From Polyangiaceae bacterium (lineage in GTDB: Bacteria; Myxococcota_A; Polyangia; Polyangiales; Polyangiaceae): 64,000 nt of DNA. Within the stretch, counting starts at the first letter, position 1; every line of letters starts with the position of its first letter. The notes beneath the pieces are model-generated. The model was given only the letters and a program-made list of their open reading frames with translations. It searched no databases and was not told the DNA's origin. This document shows positions 1-8,980 of the stretch, one piece after another. A program made the translations under genes and the position numbers. The DNA lies in the NCBI GenBank assembly GCA_965222375.1, contig CBDCTZ010000016.1, positions 864,001 through 928,000 on the forward strand. Direction: 5' to 3'.

Positions 1-126
1 GGTCGCTGTACGAGGCACCAGTACCCTGGGGGCCTGAACCTCGGGCTGATTGCACCGCCACCGCCACCCATCAAGTGAGCCGGTGTCGATGCGGATTCCC
101 CTAGCTTGTGGCCACGCCTCCCAAAA

Positions 127-630
127 TCAGAGCCCAGCAGGCACTGCCGCGCGGGTTTCGGTTTTGATCAAGCGGCGCTTGATGTCGCCCAAGACGGCCT
201 TCTTCATGTCGTCGGTGATGGCATCGGACCTTGGGCGGGGCTGCACGACGTAGAGAGCGTAGCGCGCGCTGCTGGCGGGAGGACGACGTTCGTCGGCGCC
301 CTTGCGCGTGAGCCAAATGCGGAAGCCGACGTCGCCGCGCTCGACATCGATGATGATTCGACGAGCTTCGGGAGGGCTGACGCCGCGCACGGTGAAGCCG
401 CCATCGAGCTTCGAGCCTCGGACCAGCCCGTCTAGGAGCAAGGTGACGTCAGCGGGGGCGGGACCCTTGTAGGGATTGGGGTAACGTTCGGGTTCTGGAG
501 CTGCGGGGTGGGAGTCCCGATCCTTCGCGTCGGGCCAGACCATGACGCCGATGGCGAGGGCGACGCCTGTAAGCAAGATGACCGTGCATCCGGCGGAGCG
601 TCGCGGTTTCGCGCGTGCGGTCACGGCCAT
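127..630 (-). CDS. Hypothetical membrane-anchored protein
   Basis: ORF with one N-terminal hydrophobic helix (VILLTGVALAIGVMVW) followed by a Pro-rich linker; ATG at 630 preferred over the upstream GTG. Confidence 0.6.
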   Translation of the reverse strand: MAVTARAKPRRSAGCTVILLTGVALAIGVMVWPDAKDRDSHPAAPEPERYPNPYKGPAPADVTLLLDGLVRGSKLDGGFTVRGVSPPEARRIIIDVERGDVGFRIWLTRKGADERRPPASSARYALYVVQPRPRSDAITDDMKKAVLGDIKRRLIKTETRAAVPAGL

Positions 631-815
631 GCTGTACCACACGCTCCCGGGGCGCCGGCCACCCCCTAGGCCCCCCAGGTATCCGGTTGCGCTGGCCTCA
701 TCTCGCGCGGGGCGCGTCGGAGCTTAGGCGAGATCAGTAGCCGCTTCTCGCGGGTTCGTGCGGCTTTCCGACAATTAGGAGACTGGACGAGGAGTCCAAG
801 GACAGGAGTCGACAG

Positions 816-2714
816 ATGTCGTCAGGAACACGAATCATGGGTCTTGTTGTTGGAGTGTGCTGCGCCGCATTGGGGGGTTGCGGTAGCGACGACGGTTCGG
901 AATCTGGGGGACAGGCGGGCGCCGGCGCATTGGGGGGTAGCTCGGGTGCTAGTGGCAGTGGAGCTGGCGGAAACGGCGGCACGGCGGGCATTGCGGGCGC
1001 GGGCGGCGGTGCGGGCGCTTCGGGTGGTGCTGCCGGCTCCGGCGGGGCAGCTGGAAGTGGTGGGGGCAATGGCTCTACAACTTGCTCGATTCCAGCCAAC
1101 CTGCCTGCGTTCATGGATCTGCCCAAAGCTCAGGTTGATACCAGCATTCCGCCTGAAGGGAAGATCATCAACGTTCAGGCGGGGCAGAAGATCCAAAACG
1201 CCGTCGATCAGGCCCAACCCGGCGACACCATCGTGCTGCCCGCTGGAGCGAGCTTCACGGAGCAGGTGGTGCTCAAAGACAAGGGGGCTGGCACGAAGTG
1301 GATTACGATTCGTTCTTCGGCGCTCGACCAGCTCCCCGAGGGCAAACGTGTCACTCCCGCTGATGCCAAACACATGGCCAAGATCGTTGCGCCCAAAGGC
1401 AACGGAACGATTCCGGCCATCAGCTCCTATCGAGCAGTCAAGGCCCAGGACAAGGCGCATCACTATCGCTTCATGGGCATCGAGTTGACTGTCGATCCGG
1501 CTTCCGACTCCTACGGTGGCATCGTGGAGTTGGGGGACGCCATCGACTACTCCCAGAAACCGCCCGTCATGAAACCCGTCTCGCTACGACCTCATCACAT
1601 TGTTTTCGACCGCGTGTATGTGCATGGACTTCCGAACCCGTCGCCGACAACAGGTATGTATGGCACCAAGCGAGGATTCGCCTTCAACGGCAGCCACTAC
1701 GCGTTGATCAACTCGCATGTATCCGACATCAAACGTGTCGGCCAGGATGCGCAAGCGGTGGGGGGCTTTTCGGGCACGGGGCCCTACAAGATCGTCAACA
1801 ACTTCTTGGAAGCGTCCGGCGAGAACGTCATGTTTGGCGGTGTCGTCAATCCGGATGCCAGTCACATCCCAGGCGATATCGAGGTGTGCAACAACCATTT
1901 TTACAAGCCGCCCGCTTGGAAGTTCCAGGACGGCAATGTCTGGTGCGTGAAGAACCTCTTCGAGCTCAAGCACGGCTTGCGGGTCGTCGTGACGGGCAAT
2001 GTCTTCGAAGGCAACTGGACCAAGTGCCAATCGGGCTACGCGATTCTGATCAAGTCGAGCGCCCAGGGAGCCAACCCGACCCAGACCTTCCAGAAGACCG
2101 AAGATTTACTCTTTGCTTACAACATCATCACCGAGACCGAGCACGCCTTCAACATCAGCGGTGGAGGTAGCAACAACATCAAGACGGGCCCCACGTCGGA
2201 TGTCTATGTGGCTCACAACATTTTCGACAAGCTCGGGCCAGACAGTCAGTACGGCGGGCAAGGGCGCGGATTCCAAGTCGGAAAGGCTCCGGTCAACCTG
2301 GTCATCGAGCACAACACGATGCTGAATCACTATACGTACTTGGGCTTCAGTCCTGACCCTGGTTGGGGCCCGGTGGTGAACTTTCAGTTTCTCAACAACA
2401 TCGTTGGCTATGGCACGCCGGGCTACGGCATCCATGGCACCAGCGGCAGCAATGATGAAGCCCAGTTTGCGGCAGGCAGCGACGCCGCGTCCAAGATGGA
2501 GGGAAACGTGATCGCGCTGGGGCCCGGCAAGCAATACCCGTCCAGTAACAACACTGCGGTCAGTGGTGACTTCAAGAGCCTGGGTTTTTCGGATCTCTCC
2601 TCTCAGAACTACAAGCTCAGCGCGTCGAGCCCTCACGCCAAGGCGGGCGTCGGCGGAGTCGCTCCCGGCGCGGACTACGATGCCGTCATGAAAGCGACCG
2701 CGGGCGTCAAGTGA
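816..2714 (+). CDS. Lipoprotein with Gly-rich linker and right-handed parallel beta-helix (pectin-lyase-like) domain
   Basis: Lipobox LGGC, GGSSGASG linker, IQNAVDQAQPGDTIVL start of beta-helix, Asn-ladder repeats (IVNNFL, VTGNVF, IEHNTM); AGGAG RBS upstream. Confidence 0.8.
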   Translation: MSSGTRIMGLVVGVCCAALGGCGSDDGSESGGQAGAGALGGSSGASGSGAGGNGGTAGIAGAGGGAGASGGAAGSGGAAGSGGGNGSTTCSIPANLPAFMDLPKAQVDTSIPPEGKIINVQAGQKIQNAVDQAQPGDTIVLPAGASFTEQVVLKDKGAGTKWITIRSSALDQLPEGKRVTPADAKHMAKIVAPKGNGTIPAISSYRAVKAQDKAHHYRFMGIELTVDPASDSYGGIVELGDAIDYSQKPPVMKPVSLRPHHIVFDRVYVHGLPNPSPTTGMYGTKRGFAFNGSHYALINSHVSDIKRVGQDAQAVGGFSGTGPYKIVNNFLEASGENVMFGGVVNPDASHIPGDIEVCNNHFYKPPAWKFQDGNVWCVKNLFELKHGLRVVVTGNVFEGNWTKCQSGYAILIKSSAQGANPTQTFQKTEDLLFAYNIITETEHAFNISGGGSNNIKTGPTSDVYVAHNIFDKLGPDSQYGGQGRGFQVGKAPVNLVIEHNTMLNHYTYLGFSPDPGWGPVVNFQFLNNIVGYGTPGYGIHGTSGSNDEAQFAAGSDAASKMEGNVIALGPGKQYPSSNNTAVSGDFKSLGFSDLSSQNYKLSASSPHAKAGVGGVAPGADYDAVMKATAGVK

Positions 2715-2939
2715 CCCTCCGAGGGGCTTGGGCCATAAGGCGGCGTGATGGAAAGCAACCGCGAGCGTCAAGTGACCCTCCGAGGGGCTTGGGCCATAAG
2801 GCGGCGTGATGGAAAGCAACCGCGAGCGTCAAGTGGCCCCGGGGGGCTTGGGCCGCAAGGCGGCGTGTTCCGGCTTTGGGCGGCTCAGTGGCGTGATGAA
2901 AGCGAGCGCGGGCGTCAGGTGACTGGCTTGGGCGGCTCA
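2685..2939. repeat. 61-bp tandem repeat derived from the 3' end of the upstream gene, plus a degenerate fourth copy
   Basis: GCGTCAAGTG at 2704, 2765 and 2826 (period 61); degenerate copy at 2893-2922. Confidence 0.9.
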
Positions 2940-4571
2940 CGGGCAACGGTAGAGCGTGGCGTCGGTGTCGCGGGCCTCTAGGGTGCACGCTGGTAGCTCG
3001 AGCTGGGTCGGGCCGCGGACGAGCACGTAGCTGTGGCCCAAGCTGGCATGCAACTTGGGAAAGCGTTTGGGGAACTCGTCTGCGTCGAGGCCGTACATGG
3101 CGCGGCGCGGCTCTTCGCGGCTTTCGACGCATAGGCGCGCGGGGCAATCGCGGCGCGAGTCCGGGCCTGGGAATCTGTGGATGAGGCGATAGCTTGGTTC
3201 CGCGATCGACCAACTGGGTACGACCACTACGGGCGCGCGAGGATCTGCGTGCAGGCTGGTCAGGGTGTCGCGGAGGGGCGGACCGCGTCCGATCTCCGAC
3301 GCTGCGCAGGTCTGGCGCAGGTAGCAGGGCAACAGCGCGACATGGCTGAAAAACAGCGCCACGCCCCCCACCGCAGCCATCCCCTCCGCGACCCGAGCCC
3401 GCACCCGGGTTGATTCAGCACCTGCCCTCACCCGGGTTGATGAGACCGGCCAGCCAGCCGGGGATCTGGCGCCACTGGGTCGCACCCGGGTTGATGCAGC
3501 AGAGCAAGCCACGACCAGCAGCGGAAACACCGGTAGGGCATATCGGGCGCGCATCGCCGTGATGAGGCCACCCAGGGCAAGCAGAGCGAAGCCGAGCAGT
3601 GCAGCCGCGCCGGCTCGGCGCGCCGCGAGGATGGCCAGGCTGGCGTTTCGGTCGTTCGTGGTCTCGCTAGCCCATGCGGAAAGCGCGATCAGGAGCGCAA
3701 GGACACCCAGAACGGCTCCGCCTGCCCCGCCAAACAGCTCCAAGCCTTGCTTCAGAGGGAGCCACATGCCGTCGGGGTCGCGGGGGGGCCCTCCGACGCC
3801 CAGGGAAAACGTGGATAGGGCAAAGGGGACGAAGCACGCGCTGACGGCCAGCATGCCGCCAAGAGACGTCAGCACGGCAGCTCGTGCGTTGCGGGGTGAG
3901 CTTCGAGCGAGCAGCACCACGAGGGCCTCGGCGGCAATGGGCCCGAGGGTGATGTACTCGGTGAACAAGGCTGTCGTGCCCGCGATGGTGTAGGCGAGCC
4001 ATGCCCGTTCGGTTCGGTAGCGAAGCGCCCGGGTCAGGAGCACATGGGTCGCCATGAGCAGCGCCGCCGCGAGGGAGTAGCCCCGGGCCATTTGCGAGGC
4101 GTGCAGCATTGCGGGTGCAATCGCGACGAACAGCGCTGCTGTTGCCGCGGTGATGCGGCCACGCTCGCGAAGTGCGGCAAATGTCAATGCGACGACGACG
4201 AGCCCGGCGACGACGCTGACGCTGCGGGCATCGGCCAAGATGGCCCTCAGGCCAAACGCGACGCTCATGAGCCAAGGTGGCAGTGGGGGGTGCAGGCGTG
4301 CGTCGTGCTCTCGGGCCCAGCCATCGAGATCCGTCCAGCCGAAGCTTGCGGGTTCGTCGTTGTCGATGACCCGGGACTCCAGGTTCCAGAGTCGCAGCGC
4401 GAGCGCCGCGAATACGGCGAGCAAGAGCAAGCTGACGTCCTGGATCTGCCAGCGGTTAGGCTCGTGCGCGGGGCTGAAGATGCGTGGGACCTTGCGGCTC
4501 AGCCGGGCACGCAAGATCGCCAGCAGGATGGCTCCCGCGACTCCGACTCCCAGGGTCTCCCAGGGAAACAC
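2937..4571 (-). CDS. GT-C fold membrane glycosyltransferase (GT39/PMT/ArnT-like)
   Basis: Many TM helices; LRLWNL...DNDE, HPPL and SQMARGYSL motifs. Confidence 0.75.
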   Translation of the reverse strand: MFPWETLGVGVAGAILLAILRARLSRKVPRIFSPAHEPNRWQIQDVSLLLLAVFAALALRLWNLESRVIDNDEPASFGWTDLDGWAREHDARLHPPLPPWLMSVAFGLRAILADARSVSVVAGLVVVALTFAALRERGRITAATAALFVAIAPAMLHASQMARGYSLAAALLMATHVLLTRALRYRTERAWLAYTIAGTTALFTEYITLGPIAAEALVVLLARSSPRNARAAVLTSLGGMLAVSACFVPFALSTFSLGVGGPPRDPDGMWLPLKQGLELFGGAGGAVLGVLALLIALSAWASETTNDRNASLAILAARRAGAAALLGFALLALGGLITAMRARYALPVFPLLVVACSAASTRVRPSGARSPAGWPVSSTRVRAGAESTRVRARVAEGMAAVGGVALFFSHVALLPCYLRQTCAASEIGRGPPLRDTLTSLHADPRAPVVVVPSWSIAEPSYRLIHRFPGPDSRRDCPARLCVESREEPRRAMYGLDADEFPKRFPKLHASLGHSYVLVRGPTQLELPACTLEARDTDATLYRCP

Positions 4572-4580
4572 CGGAGCGGC

Positions 4581-6185
4581 TCAGTGCACGGCTTTGCGCA
4601 GGCGCTCGGCGTTGGTGATCAAGTCTCGCAGCGCGGCATCTTGGCGGCGAGCGGCGTCTTCGATGCGTTGAGAGGCGCCCAGGGCCTGCTCGATGCTGCG
4701 TGTTTGCTGACGATGGGACGCATTGAGCTGATTGACCATGTGGCTGATGCTCTCGATGGCCTGAGTGATCTGGCGCCCACCTCGGGCCTGTTCCTGGCTA
4801 GAGCGCTCCACTTGTTGGCTGATGGCGCGCATCTTCTCGCTGCTCTTCATGATCAGCTCGCTGCCTCGGGCCTGCTCGGCCGTGGCTGCGGCGATCTGCT
4901 GTACCGTTTCCGCGATACGACCGATGGCGTCCGTGACCTGTTTGCTTCCCTTTGCCTGCTCGACGGTTGCGCGAGCGATGGCGCGCACCATGTTGGTGCT
5001 CTTCTGAGAGCTCTCGAGGATCTTCTTCAGGGCGCGTTCGGCCTCGTTGGAGACCTCCACGCCGCGGTCGACGTTCTGCGCGCCACGTTCCACCGCTTGG
5101 ATGGCGTTGCGGCTTTCCGCCTGAATCGTCTTGATTAGATCGGCAATCTCTTTGGTACTGGCTCCGGCGCGCTCCGCCAGATCTTTGATCTCGTCGGCCA
5201 CGACCGCGAAACCCTTGCCATGCTCGCCCGCCTGGGCCGCGATGATGGCAGCGTTGAGCGCGAGCAGGTTGGTTTGCTCGGCTACTTCGTCGATCACGTT
5301 CAAAATCTGGCCGATGGCGTCGATGCGTGAGCCCAGGTTCGAGATGACCGCAACGGCCTCCTGGCTGCTCTCCTTGATCCGGTAGATCTCGCCGATCGTC
5401 TTCAAGATCGATTCAGCGCCGCGCTCGGCGTCTTGCGCGACCTCCTCGGATAGGCGCGCGGTCTCGTTGGCGTTCGATTGCACCTGGTCAATCGACACGT
5501 CCATCTCGTTCATGCTGGAGCTGGTTTCTTCTGCAGTCAGAGAGAGCGCGTCGACGTTCTTCGCGACCTCCTTGATCGAGAAGGCCATCTCTTCGATCGA
5601 CGCCACGGACTCCCGCACGCTCGATGCCAGCTCCACGATGTTCTCGGCGACCTCGTCGTTGGTCGCCGTCATCTCGAGTATCGACGAGCTGGACTCCTCC
5701 GCGCTCGCCGCAAGCACTTCTACGTGCTGGGCGATTTCGCGCAGGGAGTTGGTCATGGCCTTGACCGTGCGGGTCGCTTCCTCGCTGGACTCGAGCTGGG
5801 CTGCGATGCCGTCCGTCAGGCCGCGCAGGCTCTCGTTCACCGACTTGTTGGCGTCGTCCACCGCCCCGGAGCGATGCTCGTCCCGCTCAGAGAGCTCGTT
5901 GAGCGCTGAAAGGACTTCCTCCAGCTCTTTGTAGACTTGCTTGGTGTCTTCGCTCGCGTCCGCAGGGGCCTCCGGCTGCTTGCCGTCGAGCAAACGCCGC
6001 ACGGTGTTGATCAGGTGTTCCTGGCTCTCGGGGCCCGCCGCGCCGCTGAGCAGCACTGCCAGCACGCCCGCTGCCGCCATCAGCCCGACCGCGATGGGGT
6101 CGGCCTTCATCCCCGCAATCACGATCACCGCCAGGATGACGATTCCGATCAGGGCGATAACTTGGCGCTGACTGAGGCGATTCAT
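4581..6185 (-). CDS. Methyl-accepting chemotaxis protein
   Basis: [42 protein letters not shown] signalling hairpin; two N-terminal TM segments and no periplasmic sensor domain. Confidence 0.95.
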   Translation of the reverse strand: MNRLSQRQVIALIGIVILAVIVIAGMKADPIAVGLMAAAGVLAVLLSGAAGPESQEHLINTVRRLLDGKQPEAPADASEDTKQVYKELEEVLSALNELSERDEHRSGAVDDANKSVNESLRGLTDGIAAQLESSEEATRTVKAMTNSLREIAQHVEVLAASAEESSSSILEMTATNDEVAENIVELASSVRESVASIEEMAFSIKEVAKNVDALSLTAEETSSSMNEMDVSIDQVQSNANETARLSEEVAQDAERGAESILKTIGEIYRIKESSQEAVAVISNLGSRIDAIGQILNVIDEVAEQTNLLALNAAIIAAQAGEHGKGFAVVADEIKDLAERAGASTKEIADLIKTIQAESRNAIQAVERGAQNVDRGVEVSNEAERALKKILESSQKSTNMVRAIARATVEQAKGSKQVTDAIGRIAETVQQIAAATAEQARGSELIMKSSEKMRAISQQVERSSQEQARGGRQITQAIESISHMVNQLNASHRQQTRSIEQALGASQRIEDAARRQDAALRDLITNAERLRKAVH

Positions 6186-6289
6186 GAAGCCACGGGCTCG
6201 GCGCCAGAACCCCCGGGCCCCGAGCCCGCTGAGGTTACTTTTCCCGTTGGCCTGGGAACAAGCCCATTGTCGCCTCTAGGGGCTGAATA

Positions 6290-7156
6290 TCAGCGCGAAT
6301 TTCGGCGCTGGGCCTTGGCCGGCAGGCAGCGCTTTCGCGCGCAGGGTCCGGGCCCCGGAGGGGTTTTTAGGCCCGGATTGGTCGGTTTGGCGTGGGGGCG
6401 ACCTGGCCGCGGGGTGGTCGAGACCTTGGGAAAGCTCGGCTTGCCAGGGCGCGACTTGCCCGTGGGCGCCTTGGGGCGATGGAGTCGGCCTGGGCTGGCA
6501 GACGATGTCGGGATGCTGCCCAGGGCACTGCGACCGGGGCGAACCGAGCCAGTTGCCGAGGCGGGTCGAGCCACGGGCTTGGCGCGGGATGGGGTCGCCG
6601 CTGCGGGCCGACCGGGGCGGGGGCTGTGGGCACTTCCACCTGGAAATCGCGGCGTACGCGGAGACGTGGTCGCGACGTTGCCCGACGGCCTGCGCGGCGA
6701 GCGCGGCGCTGTCGATGCGACGTTGGGTCGGCGCGGCGAGGTGACCGCACCCGGCGCTGTCGATGCGACGTTGGGTCGGCGCGGCGAGGTGGCCGCACCC
6801 GGGTTGCTTGGGGTGCGGGGTGCGGTGCCGCTCCCGGGGTTGTGCGGAGTGCGTGGCGGAGTCGCGTTGGCGGGTTGCGTTGTCGCAACGCCGACGCCCT
6901 GCGCGGGTCGCCCCACTCCCCCACCCGGGTTGGTGGTCCCACCCGGGTTGGTGTTTATCGTTGGATTTGCCGCGGTGTGGCTGCCCGTGGAAGGCGACGA
7001 GGGATGATGCGCGGTGGGCGAGGCGCCAGTTCGGCCCGAGGCGTGCCAGCCTACGTTCGCACCCGCGTGGTAGTTCGTCGTGTGGTCACCGACGGATTGC
7101 ATCGTCATCGTGCAACCCGTCATCAAGGGGAGAATCGCGAGTAGAGAGAGGCGCAT
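6290..7156 (-). CDS. Pro/Arg/Thr-rich low-complexity putative lipoprotein
   Basis: MRLSLLAILPLMTGC signal with lipobox; disordered repetitive body. Confidence 0.6.
   Translation of the reverse strand: MRLSLLAILPLMTGCTMTMQSVGDHTTNYHAGANVGWHASGRTGASPTAHHPSSPSTGSHTAANPTINTNPGGTTNPGGGVGRPAQGVGVATTQPANATPPRTPHNPGSGTAPRTPSNPGAATSPRRPNVASTAPGAVTSPRRPNVASTAPRSPRRPSGNVATTSPRTPRFPGGSAHSPRPGRPAAATPSRAKPVARPASATGSVRPGRSALGSIPTSSASPGRLHRPKAPTGKSRPGKPSFPKVSTTPRPGRPHAKPTNPGLKTPPGPGPCARKRCLPAKAQRRNSR
6704..6802. repeat. 48-bp (16-codon) tandem duplication inside the Pro-rich CDS
   Basis: CGGCGCTGTCGATGCGACGTTGGGTCGGCGCGGCGAGGT at 6704 and 6752; encodes TSPRRPNVASTAP twice. Confidence 0.9.
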
Positions 7157-7246
7157 GTCATTTCATTATCCGGGGCCCGCGGGTAGTTCCTTCCCCTTGG
7201 GCCATGCGCCGCGAGCGTAACTCGTGGATTTGATTGGTCTTTGTGA

Positions 7247-8914
7247 CTAGGCGATCGTCGTGGTCGCGGGGGCTTCAGCCAGCAGGGAGGGGCCGCGGAT
7301 GGGCAGAACCACCCGGAACGCCGCGCCGCCTTCGCTGGGGTCGTGGTGACTGATTTCGCCCCCATGCTCGAACACGATCCTCTCCACAATCGCCAGGCCC
7401 AGCCCCGTGCCTTCGGTCTTGTTGGTGGCGTAAGGCTCGAACAGCTTGTCCCGCATTTCCGGGGCTACGCCAGGACCGTTATCCCGCACGGCGATTTCGA
7501 TCCTGGAACGGCCTTTGGGTTCGAGGCTGACCCAGACGCGGGGTGAGGTGCTGGAGCGCGCTGAATCAATGGCGTTTTGAATCAGATTGGTGAGCACCTG
7601 AACCAACTGGTCCTTGTCCGCATTGATGGTCGGAACGTCCTTCGCAGCGAGCTCCACGGGGATTTCGTCCGTGGAGTGAAGTCCGACGACCTTTCGCACT
7701 GTCTCCATCACGTCCATGGACGCGAGGTTTGGAGGGGGAAGCCTGGCGAACCGCGTGAACTCGCTGACGATGTTGGTGATCCGGGTCACTTCTTCCAGCA
7801 CCGTGCGCGTGGCTTCGTCGAAGTACTCGTCAAACGCCGGGTCATCCCGCGCGCGGAGCCTGCGCAAGGTCTCGACTGCAGCTCGAATCGGGGCCAAAGG
7901 GTTCTTGATTTCGTGCGCGACGCGGCGGGCAATTTCGCGGCGCGCGGCAATGCGCTCGGTAGCCGCGAGGCGTTTGCGCATCTCCGACAGGTCGAAGATA
8001 GCTTGATTGAAAGCGTCGGCGAGATCCCTGAGTTCCCGCCCGCCGCTGGCTTCGACCGGCTTCGGTTCTTTGCGGGTGATGCCCCGGGCCTGCTTGGCCA
8101 GTGACACGATGGGTCTCGCCAGGCCCCGTGAGAGCAGGAACGAAAGCGCAAGCGCGATGAGCAGAGTGCCCGTGCCAATCGCGCCGATCGTGTAGTCGAG
8201 CTGCCGCAGCGCGCTCGTCAGGGGCACCCGGGAACGCTGTGCATGCAGCGTGACGCCGAAGTCCGCCAAGGGCATGGTCGAGACCATCTCCGCGGAAGAC
8301 GCCGGCGGCTGGGTCAGAGTCAACGTCAGGTCGTGGGCTTCCGCGACGGAAGCCAAGGTGGCTTCTACGTGACGCGCTGCATACAGGCCGACCCACAGAT
8401 TGGGTCGCGTCTTGTCTCGGCGCAGACACCACGCTTCGACGGCCATGGGTGCGGCGGGGCGCAAGCGGGCGCTGACGCTCTCGTTAGCCATCCGCTTTGC
8501 GCGCGGCGCATCACGGGTGCCCGTTAGACCTTCGTCGTGGCCGGCGCCCAGAACATCGCCGCGGCTGGTGATCAAGATCAGCTCGTCCAAACGCAGCGCT
8601 TTTTGCAGTTCTGGAACGCGTAGACTCATGGACAGCCGGCGCGAATCCAAATCGCCAGACTTCAAGCCAATCAGCGCACTGTCGACGACCGGATCGTGGG
8701 CGCAGAGCGGCCCAATCAGATCGGGGAGTTCCCGGGTCTGGGATTGAATTGCGCTCTGGGCACGTTGAAACGCCGCGATGCCTTGCTCGCGGAAACGTTC
8801 GTCTTCAGTGCGCCTCCACGCTTCGCGCACACCAAAGCCAAGCATGGCCGTGGTGGCGACGGTTAGGATTGCGATGGCGAGCGCCAGGCGTTGGGCCAGC
8901 GTCACGCCGGGCAT
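7247..8914 (-). CDS. Membrane sensor histidine kinase (HAMP-HisKA-HATPase, NtrY-like)
   Basis: RRVAHEIKNPL H-box, NLIQNAID N-box, DNGPG and GTGLGL G-boxes; start placed at MPGVTL (8914). Confidence 0.93.
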   Translation of the reverse strand: MPGVTLAQRLALAIAILTVATTAMLGFGVREAWRRTEDERFREQGIAAFQRAQSAIQSQTRELPDLIGPLCAHDPVVDSALIGLKSGDLDSRRLSMSLRVPELQKALRLDELILITSRGDVLGAGHDEGLTGTRDAPRAKRMANESVSARLRPAAPMAVEAWCLRRDKTRPNLWVGLYAARHVEATLASVAEAHDLTLTLTQPPASSAEMVSTMPLADFGVTLHAQRSRVPLTSALRQLDYTIGAIGTGTLLIALALSFLLSRGLARPIVSLAKQARGITRKEPKPVEASGGRELRDLADAFNQAIFDLSEMRKRLAATERIAARREIARRVAHEIKNPLAPIRAAVETLRRLRARDDPAFDEYFDEATRTVLEEVTRITNIVSEFTRFARLPPPNLASMDVMETVRKVVGLHSTDEIPVELAAKDVPTINADKDQLVQVLTNLIQNAIDSARSSTSPRVWVSLEPKGRSRIEIAVRDNGPGVAPEMRDKLFEPYATNKTEGTGLGLAIVERIVFEHGGEISHHDPSEGGAAFRVVLPIRGPSLLAEAPATTTIA

Positions 8915-8980
8915 CGTAGTCCAATTGTCCTGGCTTCGGCTTGCGTGCGCGGTCCCATACTGCAAGGCTCCGGACCCTTG

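Noticed and set aside
2704..2870. CRISPR-like 61-bp periodicity
   Set aside because: The whole unit is repeated, including the would-be spacer, and it derives from the gene end
5937..7144. Long plus-strand ORFs (5937-7007, 6392-7144)
   Set aside because: Antisense shadows of the Pro-rich lipoprotein and MCP genes in GC-rich DNA; no independent motifs
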